Notes under the pieces: model-generated
What the model was told of the DNA's origin: nothing
Databases searched by the model: none
The model's input: only the letters and a program-made list of their open reading frames with translations
DNA from: Podarcis pityusensis
Taxonomy: Eukaryota
Length of the DNA stretch: 64,000 nt
Strand: one strand, 5' to 3'
Assembly: GCA_964106645.2 (NCBI GenBank)
Contig: OZ067047.1
Program-made: the position numbers and the translations under genes
Part shown: positions 54,801 through 64,000 of the stretch, in pieces
Layout: each line of letters starts with the position of its first letter
Numbering within the stretch: position 1 is the stretch's first letter

Positions 54801-57500
54801 CAGATGTTACAGGAAATTGATTTTATAAATCAGAAAGTGTCTCCTCAAACTAGGCATGTGAAAGGATGGCAGAAAGGGAGGAAGACTGCTCTAACAAACC
54901 ATGGTTTGTGGAAGTGTTAAACCTGAAATGAACCTTTCTCTGTTATCTACTAGCTTTTCAATAGACCTTCTTCCTCTTTCACGACTGCTACTTCTCTCAT
55001 ATGCCAATTTCTCTGTCTTTCCACCCTTTATCCCACATTTTCCCTTTCATATCTCCTTCTGGATGCATGCTTTTTTTTTTGCACCAATGCTTCATTATAA
55101 TAACAGCATATATAAGAAGAGTCTGCTGCCTGTGGAAAACCCAACATAGGATAATACAACACTGAATAGAATATTATAGAAACGGATCAATTATTACTCC
55201 CATTACATGAAGTGTGGCCGTCAATTTTTGTACATTTACCCACTCTGCTCCTTGCTCTTTCCTATTGCCATCTGTATACAATTCACTCAGCTTTTCCATT
55301 CAGCAGTGGATTTTGAAGTGTACCCATAAGAGGCTTCTATATGAGTTAAATCAAACTTCCTATTTCTTCAGAGAAGTCTGCAAGCGGAAGCTATTTCAGG
55401 GTTGGGGTTTTTTGTTGTTGTTCACGGCTGTGTGAATTCATTGCTGGAAATTTTCAACGTCAGAATGTTTGTTTTGCTTTGGCAAATCTAACCTGGCAAG
55501 CTGAATGATCAAAGGGGGGAAAATGGAAAGCAGAATATGTAGGAGCAGGCAGAGGAAAGGAATGTGAGCTTCCATGTTTCTCAGTACCAAGGTAAATAGC
55601 TCTTTTATGGCTATACTCACAGCGAACGTAGGGCAACCAGCTGCTGAAACGTGCCCACTTTGATTTCATATATTTCATTGTGGTGTAAATCACTATAATG
55701 GCAAAACAAAAATGGCTTTAGAGAAAACAACTTCTAGAGAACTTCAAATGCTGCCCAGGATCCCAGAACTACTTCAGATGTCCCAAGAGTTTGAGCATAT
55801 CTAGTGGGACTTCGACTGCCTCCTCCTGCCCCTGAACTTCCAGTCCCTGTACCACATCACAAACTGATCTCTCAGATGCAAAAGTTGCTTGGTTTACGGT
55901 ACTTGGGGCTGGTTATCAGGAAGCATAGGTACAAAGCCCCCTTTGGTTGAGTGTGCAGAACTAGTTGTATGTTTATTTGAATCCTGGCCATTGTTTAGAT
56001 TTCTTTTAGAGCTATATGTTACACGAAAAACAGAATTTCCAGTCTTCTCATGCATAAGAAACAACTTGCACTCCAGAAATATGTATCCTATCCATCCTGT
56101 CTCTTTATCCAAAAGGAAGAGAGCAAGGCTTAAGGAGCTGTGAAGGCGTCATAAGACGCAAGCTAGATGGGAAGAGCATCATATCCTGGATCAAAGTTAG
56201 AGCTTATCCACTCCACTGAAAACTCCACGGACAGAGTCATCTAAAAATTGAATCATCAATCCTCCCCACCATCAAAAGCCCCTTATAGTTATATTTTTTA
56301 TTATTCTTCCACATTAAACATGCAAAAGAAATGGGTGATATTATGGGATACATGATGCACCAGACCTCACCAAATGCTTCTCCCCCTAACCCAAAACTAT
56401 GAGTTTAAAATACAAACAAAGGTTCTGACTCATATATACAGGTCTACTCCCTGCATTGGAGGGGATGGTAAAACCTTCCTCATGGGCACATACATTATTA
56501 TTTTATTTTATTTTTGGTAACCTTACACTTTCTGAAGATTTTCACAAGCAGTAAAATGAGGCAAGTCACCCAGCTGGTTATACGAGAGGTCTCTGAAATA
56601 CAAATACAGAAAAATATAAGGTGCCTAATTCTGTTAAATAGTAAAAATATATTTAGGGTTATTGCTTCTTTCTGGATTCAGTTTTCCTTCAAAACACAAC
56701 TCTTCTTTTAATTGTTTAAAATAATCTACTAGATACTTGGTTTTAAACCATTTTTCTAGGTGGATCTGATCTTTCGAACTACAATCACAGTGAAATTTAA
56801 TTAGCTTCCCAGACTACACTTTAAATTAAATAATCTTGCCTCTGACCTTTAGAACTGCCATATCTTTAACTGAGGAAAGTGGTTTGAGGAACTAGAACTA
56901 ACTTTGAAATCAATCACTACGGGGTGGGGGTGGGGGGAAGAGAAAGCCCTTCAAATGATTTGAGCCAAAACTCAACAAATTGCAGAATAACTGAAACATC
57001 TGGACTCATTTATAGTATAATATAGCTAATCAAAAACAAGCCATGGTAATTTGCAGAAATTGTAAAAAGAAGAAAGAAAAAAAGGAAATAGATTTGCATC
57101 CTGTACTCCTTTGCGCAGGGGAAACTCCCATCAGGCTTAATATGACTTTTGCCTCTGTAAAGAAAGAAATGAGAGTGGACACAGGGACATGTCCCTTGGT
57201 TCTGTTTTTTAACCTTAGATGGTAAGGTTTTGTCCCTGGGCTAATATTCTTTAAAATTAACTTACGAAGTTAATTTTAAAGTTCTCCTTGTATGGGTGCG
57301 ATGGGAAAGCTCCCCGCCTAAAGAGCATTTACTTCTCGTAGGATCGATCTCCACTCATTGGGAGAAGGGTATCAATGCCAAAGTCAAAGGGCATGCTCAT
57401 TTAGCAGGAAGTAAAACACAATAGCTGCACTTGTAACCTCATCAGGTGTAAGTTGCAGAGGCACAAAAATGGTAAAGTTATAGTAGGTCATTTTGGCTAC

Positions 57501-57540
<40 letters not shown>

Positions 57541-60500
57541 AAATTCTATCCCAAGGGTAACGTAAAGTAACTGTAAAAATGGTCAATACAACAAAACCAC
57601 AAAAAGCAGAAACACTGGAGGAAAGAACTGTCAGGCCACCCTGTGGATGAGGAACGGTAATCTTTGCATGTCAGGTTCCCTGGTTTTAAGGACTGGTTGC
57701 TTCAGATATTGAAGATTCTCATGGAAGCATATGGCCCACTGCACACACTGCACATTTTAAGCCTGTAGACAATTATCCTCCTTACTCAGATATGGCTCTA
57801 CACTACAAGGAGAGGCTGCAAGGAAACTCTGCTTAGATGCTTTCTCTCCCACCCCCCCACCCCCCAAAAAACAACAGGTGGGCAGTAGAAGGAGGAGTGG
57901 AGGGGACATCATAATGCCAGGGCTGGAACCAGCAGGCTTGCGTGATGGTTAATTGCATGAGAGGAATGCCGAAATAGAAACAAATGAGAAACTTGCAATC
58001 TGAACAAAGAAAAATATTCCGTAAGTTGAGCCAACATTTCTGAATGATTTTGTTTATACGTAGGCCTTTTCTGCATTTAAAATAAAATTGTCAATGCTTA
58101 CCCCCTTTAAAAAAACAACAACCCACAAATGTGAATTTAAATCAGATAATTCTATACATATACAGTTGATCTGTGATGGTAACAGTGCTGTCAGTTGAAA
58201 CACCTTTACTGAGTTTGGTCCTATTCTATGCTTTGCAGGAAAAGATACTTCATTTTGCTCCCAAAGCCAGAGGAGCAAAGGTAGCTCATAACCAGCAATA
58301 TTTAATGTTGCTGTGATAGAATTAGTACCCAACTTTCTAAGAAGTGCCCACAAGAGCCATTTTGGCACTATGATTGTATGTTTTTAGCTAGTGTTATTAG
58401 AACGTTGGCTAAGCAAACTAATGCCAGATACATTCATCATGATGTAATCATTAAAGGAAAGTGCAGTTGGCCCATTCACAAAGAAGTAGACAGAATGATT
58501 ACTTTTGATAGTGATTAAACTAACACTGCAGCATTCTTGTAAGCTACAATAATGTATTGGTTAATCATTAGAAGGAAACAGGTCTCCCATACATCTTGGA
58601 AATAGTGTTCAAAAATCCAATTGAATAAATATGCCTTGGAGAGAAAATAAAGGTATGGAACATTAAGGTATAAGTGAGGATGGAGTCTGTCCCCATTTCG
58701 GTGATTATCGGAAAAAGGAAAACCTTTAACAGAATGGAAACTGGGCTTCCCTGGCCCCTTGTGTATGATTTCTGGACACGGGTGACTTTTAAAAATTATT
58801 TGAAAAGTAGGAGGAAGCTTGCTTAAATCCATACATTCTATAAATCCTATACATTCTCAATTTTCTCCCTCTTATGGTCACTGCAATCAGTTAACTGAGC
58901 ATATTCTGACTGGTGATATTGCTTGCTCATCTCATTTTGCCAGGCCGTCCCACCATGTGTTTTACTTTTCTAGCATTATAAAGACATTGTCTCTCCACCA
59001 CAATCCTGTGTATCAAGTACAGACTGTAGGCACTGCAACTAGGGGCCATGCAGCATTTACGTTCTGTACTCTGCTTAATGGGACACGGGTGGCACTGTGG
59101 GTTAAACCACAGAGCCTAGGACCTGCCGATCAGAAGGTCGGCGGTTCGAATCCCCGTGACGAGGTGAGCTCCCGTTGCTCGGTCCCTGCTCCTGCCAACC
59201 TAGCAGTTTGAAAGCACAAAGTGCAAGTAGATAAATAGGTACCGCTCTAGTGGGAAGGTAAACGGCATTTCTCTGCGCTGCTCTGGTTCGCCAGAAGCAG
59301 CTTAGTCATGCTGGCCATATGACCCGGAAGCTGTACGCCAGCTCCCTCGGCCAATAAAGCGAGATGAGCGCTGCAACCCCAGTCGGCCACGACTGCACCT
59401 AATGGTCAGGGGTCCCTTTACCCTTTACCTTTACTCTGCTTAATACACCATTAGCTCTGGATCAGTGCTGGATTCATTTTATTTTATCTTGCCCTCTCTG
59501 CAAGGGACTTAACATGACATATAGTTCTTATCCCACCTGCCCAAGAGCCTTGAGAGATGGGTTAGACTAAGAGACAGCAACAGGTCCTGGGTCACCTAAT
59601 GAGCTTTGCGGCTCAGTGGGGACTTAAGCTCAGTCTCACCAGCCCTGGACCAACACACTAAGCACTCACCATGCTCAATCTAGTGCTAGTACTAAGTCTT
59701 TACATAATGCTGCAATATTGTTGCTAGGCTCTTTGTTATGCATCTATTTTTACTCTTGAATTACAAGGGCTAAATATGTGAATTTCCATGGTGATGATAT
59801 AACACATTTCTGAGAACACTGTATCTTGAAAGTTCCTAGGAGTTAACGTAAATATGTATTTTATACTTACAGTACTTGGAGGTTGGGTAGCTGATCACAG
59901 ATTGTTTCAGGAAGGTATGTGATCCGAGCTCCTGTAAGGGTCCTGTTAAGAAATTAGGCACATCTCCTTAGAATGATTCATGCCAATGCCCACCAGGGAG
60001 GAGGGACTGAGAGAAGATCCCGTGAATTGGGCTTATGTGAGAATGGGCTTCTGAATGGAGTATGGAGCATGGGGAGGGGTGTTCAGTTGTTTCTCCACCA
60101 TGCAAGGAGTAAGAGCATGAATCAGATCTTAGTGTCAATAGGATCAAACTAGCTCAAATCCATGAAATTTGAATTGATCACGGTTGCAGACTGGGTTGAA
60201 CATGACTGGTTGAAGGACAGCTTCATTAAAGCAAGTCAGCATCGGCAATAATTAATGCCATCTGCGTTCGGCAGTAACATGAACTATCTGTCTGATACTT
60301 ACAGGCTTTCCAGACTTGTTGTCCCAGTCAGATCGGGAAACTCTGTTATCTGTGAAGCACCATTTAGTGTCCTAAAGTTACAAACACAATGTAATTAGTG
60401 GGATTTTTATTTTTTTATTTTTATAGAAAGAGCAAAGGAGTTGTTGTTTTAGTGGTGAACTTATGGATACATACAAGGTTCTGAGTTCGGGTAAGTGCTG

Positions 60501-61515
60501 AAAAGCAGACTTTTCCACAATCTGAATAGGGTTGTCATAAAAATGGCTGTGAGGAAGAAGAGGAGGACACATTTAACACTCAAGATTTATATCTTTAAAT
60601 ACTTTTGCAATAAACTGGCGGGGGGGGGGGGGGCAGGGCAGGACGTTTCTTATTGAAGCTTTGAAGAGCTAGCTTGCAATCTATTCATTACCCCTTCTCC
60701 TCTGGAGTTACTTCTTTTAATGTGCCACACCTTTCTCCCTTGCTTTTTGAATTTGCTCCCCAGATTACAATTATATGTTTAGTTTGATTTAGACCAACTG
60801 TATGATTATACCTTAGTGTGCATTACTGACAAAATGTGTGGCCTAGGGACATCAGAGTGAAGGGCAGGAAATGAATGAATGAATGAATGAATGAAGGCAG
60901 GGATGGAATTGAACACACCTTACACATTCAGAGTAAGAAAGGAATAGGAAGATAGTGTTCATACTAGCCTAGCGAAACTCTCCTATCTTGTTTCCACACT
61001 AACATATCTCAGTTTATTAAGCAGAGATATGCACAAGACTTGTGCCAGCATGCTCTGTTTTCCAAATGTGGAAACTAGGGTTATCAGGTTACGGAAAAAA
61101 CAGGATCTGAAACCAACGTCAACCTGGTAAACAGTTTCCTGGTTTGGATATAAAGAGAAACTATGTAAGGCCTTTTAGACAGGTAACTCTTTATAAAATG
61201 GCATTTTATTCACTTTTTCACCTTCCACATGCCATTGTATCATGTATGTGTCTGTTGGGAGCTGGAGCTCAAAATTTGGATTCCCCAACCTTGATTTTAA
61301 TGTGTACAAAGGGGGGGGGGCACAAGATTTCATAAAGTTTGAGAAGCAATGGCCTGCTCACAGAAAGCAGAGAAGCAAGATACACAACGAAATTTAGTAA
61401 TTAATTCCACATTTTCTATTAAAAGTGAACTGATACTACTTACATTGCTATGAGGGATGGATTGCCCACAAATGCCTGTCCAGGTATTGACTTGATATTA
61501 TTACTATGAAACCCT
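47507..61515 (-). CDS. LGR5: Leucine-rich repeat GPCR 5 (R-spondin receptor), 3' part: 11 exons equivalent to human exons 8-18; 5' exons lie beyond the window
   Basis: LRR exons, PYAYQCC hinge, DFLLDFDEDLK...CSPSPGPFKPC, 7TM with ERG and PLPACLNPLLY, C-tail EKQSCDSTQALVTF...VTFVPCH*; convergent to ZFC3H1 as in other vertebrates. Confidence 0.96.
48783..48824. repeat. (ATT)n microsatellite
   Basis: Directly visible. Confidence 0.95.
49336..49419 (-). CDS. LGR5: LGR5 exon 17-equivalent
   Basis: DDRDFEDFLLDFDEDLKAHHSVQCSPSP. Confidence 0.93.
49636..49758 (+). mobile_element. 5'-truncated Sauria-type SINE
   Basis: Matches the 3' third of 59080-59431; 11-bp TSD TAAGCCATATA at 49625-49635 and 49759-49769. 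Confidence 0.88.
50533..50678 (-). CDS. LGR5: LGR5 exon 16-equivalent
   Basis: VIEMPYAYQCCAFGACDGHYKIQNQWNKDE... Confidence 0.93.
52029..52154 (-). CDS. LGR5: LGR5 exon 15-equivalent
   Basis: DLSSNLLSSFPVTGLYGLTHLKLTGNHALQSLISSENFPELK. Confidence 0.93.
52633..52752. mobile_element. Palindromic MITE related to 27845-27963
   Basis: GGGTTGTGTCCAACT...AGTTGGATACAGCCC, flanked by ACA on both sides. Confidence 0.65.
53696..53767 (-). CDS. LGR5: LGR5 exon 14-equivalent (LRR)
   Basis: DLAWNKISVIHANAFSSLLSLIKL; 72 nt, phase 2-2. Confidence 0.92.
54177..54426 (-). mobile_element. tRNA-derived SINE (Squam3-like) with (TTC)n tail
   Basis: Minus-strand head GCCAGTGTGGTGTAGTGG (A box) and GGTTCGCG (B box-like); TSD-like CACAGCAG at 54169-54176 and 54447-54454. 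Confidence 0.82.
55621..55692 (-). CDS. LGR5: LGR5 exon 13-equivalent (LRR)
   Basis: DLHHNEIYEIKVGTFQQLVALRSL; 72 nt. Confidence 0.92.
56527..56592 (-). CDS. LGR5: LGR5 exon 12-equivalent (LRR)
   Basis: DLSYNQLGDLPHFTACENLQKV; 66 nt. Confidence 0.9.
57503..57539. repeat. (GT)n microsatellite
   Basis: Directly visible. Confidence 0.95.
59080..59431 (+). mobile_element. Sauria-type SINE, full length
   Basis: Head GGGACACGGGTGGCACTGTGG, B box GGTTCGAATCC, (CCTTTA)n tail, perfect 13-bp TSD TACTCTGCTTAAT at 59067-59079 and 59432-59444. Confidence 0.92.
59871..59942 (-). CDS. LGR5: LGR5 exon 11-equivalent (LRR)
   Basis: TLTGARITYLPETICDQLPNLQVL; 72 nt. Confidence 0.92.
60303..60371 (-). CDS. 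LGR5: LGR5 exon 10-equivalent (LRR)
   Basis: TLNGASQITEFPDLTGTTSLESL; 69 nt. Confidence 0.93.
60475..60546 (-). CDS. LGR5: LGR5 exon 9-equivalent (LRR)
   Basis: HFYDNPIQIVEKSAFQHLPELRTL; 72 nt. Confidence 0.93.
60870..60895. repeat. (GAAT)n microsatellite
   Basis: Directly visible. Confidence 0.9.
61444..61515 (-). CDS. LGR5: LGR5 exon 8-equivalent (LRR)
   Basis: GFHSNNIKSIPGQAFVGNPSLIAI; 72 nt. Confidence 0.92.
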
Positions 61516-61547
61516 CTGGAAAGGAAACAGAAAGCATGATACACATA

Positions 61548-61774
61548 CAGTGGTACCTTGGGTTACATACGCTTCAGGTTACAGACTCCACTAACCCAGA
61601 AATAGTACCTTGGGTTAAGAACTTTGCTTCAGGATGAGAACAGAAATCATGCTCTGGCGGCACAGCGGCAACAGGAGGCCCCATTAGCTAAAGTGGTGCT
61701 TCAGGTTAAGAACAGGTTTCGGGTTAAGAATGGACCTCCGGAACGAATTAAGTACTTTATCCGAGGTACCACTG
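61548..61774. mobile_element. Tc1/mariner (Tigger-like) MITE
   Basis: TIRs CAGTGGTACCTTGG / CCGAGGTACCACTG with TA TSD. Confidence 0.88.
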
Positions 61775-64000
61775 TACTCACAAAATGTGAAAGAAATATG
61801 TGAAAGGCACAGTCTCTTGGGATAAAAAAATTCAAATCTGTAGAATGCTAGGAGGTGTAATAATGGAGGTCTTCTGTTTTCTAGACTTTACGGCAGTAAA
61901 TGGGGATAGATGGATGGACAATCAGGATGGGTGGGGAGGGGGAAAATTTTGCAACAGCACCAGTCTTTCTTTTTATTCCTAAAAGCTGCAGGAAGTGAAC
62001 TTGCCCATTCCCTCTAGTAGCAACATGAAGAAATGTTTCTGTGATACACTGGTAAAGTAGTGTTTATGAACAGTTTATGCTGAGCGACATTTTTTGTTCA
62101 TGAGATTTGCAGCCAGAGCTCGCATACATGTTTATTTTGGAGGTAGGTCCCACTGAACCTGTCCTCATGCAAGCATGCCACTCTTCTAAATATCTTACTG
62201 GACAAAGTTAACTAAAATAAACAGGACCAGCTCCCAAGAAAATGTGTTTCAGATCAGGGTGCTAATGAATGCGAACATACATAAAATCCCAGGGCATCCT
62301 GTACATTTTAGGCTTTCACAATTTCTTTATGAAAAGTATTTTAGATGAACAAGCTAAAAAGGACAAGCTAAACAATGTAATTGCTGCCATTTAAGAAGGA
62401 AGCAAATTGTCTCCAAATTAATTACAGCATTTTATTCACATGAGTAATAATCTATTGTCAGAAACAAAGGCATCAATGAAGTGTTCAGCAGGAACAGTAA
62501 TGATTTGTGTGGGAAATGTTCATTTGTTCAGTCAGGTATGAACAAAGCTTCCCAGATTTACACTGAAGCATGGCTTGGGCAAGACCATCAGCTGCTGCTA
62601 TTAGTAGGTTGGCTCAGAATACTGGCTGCGCAAGAAAATTATCTCTAGAGCAGAACCCTGAACAATTAAAGTTGAGGCAGAGCACAACACTAATTATTAT
62701 TATTTTTTAAAAAAAGATTTCTAAGCTACATATAAAAACCCAGACATTTCCACAGTGCTTTATCCTCTGCAACATCATATCATGGGAGGAGGGGGGAATG
62801 TAAAGGAGAGTTTTTCAAGATTCAGGCAGTGAGCATGCCTACTGTAGAAGTTAGCTATTTGTTCATTAATGTTGTTTCAACATACAGTAACAACCTTACA
62901 TTAACTTTCTGCCTACCATGACAATTTTGAATGTGCAGTTGCATGGCCAGGTGAAAAAAGAACAGGCATCCTCTTGCATATTTAAGTTGCGTAGAAGAGG
63001 CCCTTTTTAGTAGATGGAGCTTTTTTCTGATTTCCCTACGTGCAGGATGGAATGGTACAGACCAGATGTAGAAGCATCGTGTCAGCCTCCTGATTGCGTA
63101 TTTCAACCTTAAGCAGGTGGGGGGAATAGCTTAAGAAAGGGTTGCAGCTATTCCATGCTGTAATAGAGTAAAGGCACATACCCCTTACTCTCTTATAAAT
63201 CTCTTGGTGAGGAAAGTTACTGTTGTCCATGATCCCCAAAGGAAGTCAACTCATAGCACAGTGCTTTTCCCAGCGCAGTGGCTGAGTATCTCATCTTGTG
63301 AGCATACTAAATCTGAGAAATTCAGATTCTTATTTGGTTAGATGCTGGCTTCCTCTATGTCAGCCTCCCCATCTCTTGGGGACAGAACATAAAAATGTAT
63401 CATTTTGAACACGGTGTTTTGCCTTGATCACATGAAAATTACTGAATCTATCCTTGAGGCACCAGCCATTTAGAATCAGTATTACTGTTATCTTTTATTT
63501 TCCTCCATTTCATGTATTCCCTGATCCAAAGACTTTAATAAAAATGCTTTCAACCATAAACCTTGCATTGACTGACTTAGGACCTGCCTGACCCACAAGT
63601 TTAATTTATGCTATAGATTAACTAAAGAGGGGAACGTGGGAATATCCAAAGTGAGTCCGGCTGGCAGTGACCAACAGGTCTGAGAAGCATTGATACGCTA
63701 TTCTTAAAAAAAACTCTGTAGATCTCAACAACCTCCTGGCTTATGAGCAGGGGTACAAAATGGGAGGTGGTGGTGGCAACTAATATTTACAGAGGTTCCG
63801 CTCCCCTGAGAGTGCATGCACACAAACACACCAGATATAGGAGTGGCAAAAGGTTATGATGATTTCAAATCCAGTTCCCTAATGTGTATGGTACACAAAA
63901 GCATGCTACTAAAAACAGATATTATGGTCCCCTTGCACACAGCCTGAACAGTTGGGAGTTCTTAGTCAAAGGGGAAAGATGAAAGGAGAACTTTAAAAGT

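Noticed and set aside
59080-59160. tRNA-like A/B boxes (also near 11230-11308, 37650 and 54360-54426)
   Set aside because: These are SINE heads followed by SINE bodies and tails; no cloverleaf tRNA gene can be supported
61780-64000. Next upstream LGR5 LRR exon
   Set aside because: No LRR-coding segment with splice sites found by eye; probably beyond the window end

Overview
Squamate (probably lacertid lizard, judged from Sauria-type SINEs) genomic DNA with two convergent genes. On the + strand is a complete ZFC3H1, the PAXT nuclear-exosome adaptor. It has a CpG-island promoter and 35 coding exons from ATG 1884 to TGA 35760; I checked reading frame and splice phase by hand at every junction (5976 nt, 1991 aa with the most proximal acceptors). 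On the - strand is the 3' half of LGR5: 11 exons, equivalent to human exons 8-18, from 61515 down to the stop at 47507. Introns and the intergenic region hold SINEs, L2/CR1 LINE fragments, Tc1/mariner-type and hAT-type MITEs, and microsatellites. There are no prokaryotic systems. The most interesting signal is a set of unproductive-processing elements in ZFC3H1 itself: a U12-type first intron containing several AATAAA sites, a candidate poison exon followed by G-tracts in intron 24, and a strong 5' splice site with a matching acceptor in the 3' UTR. These could form a self-regulatory circuit for PAXT. That interpretation is inference and needs RNA-seq and conservation tests.
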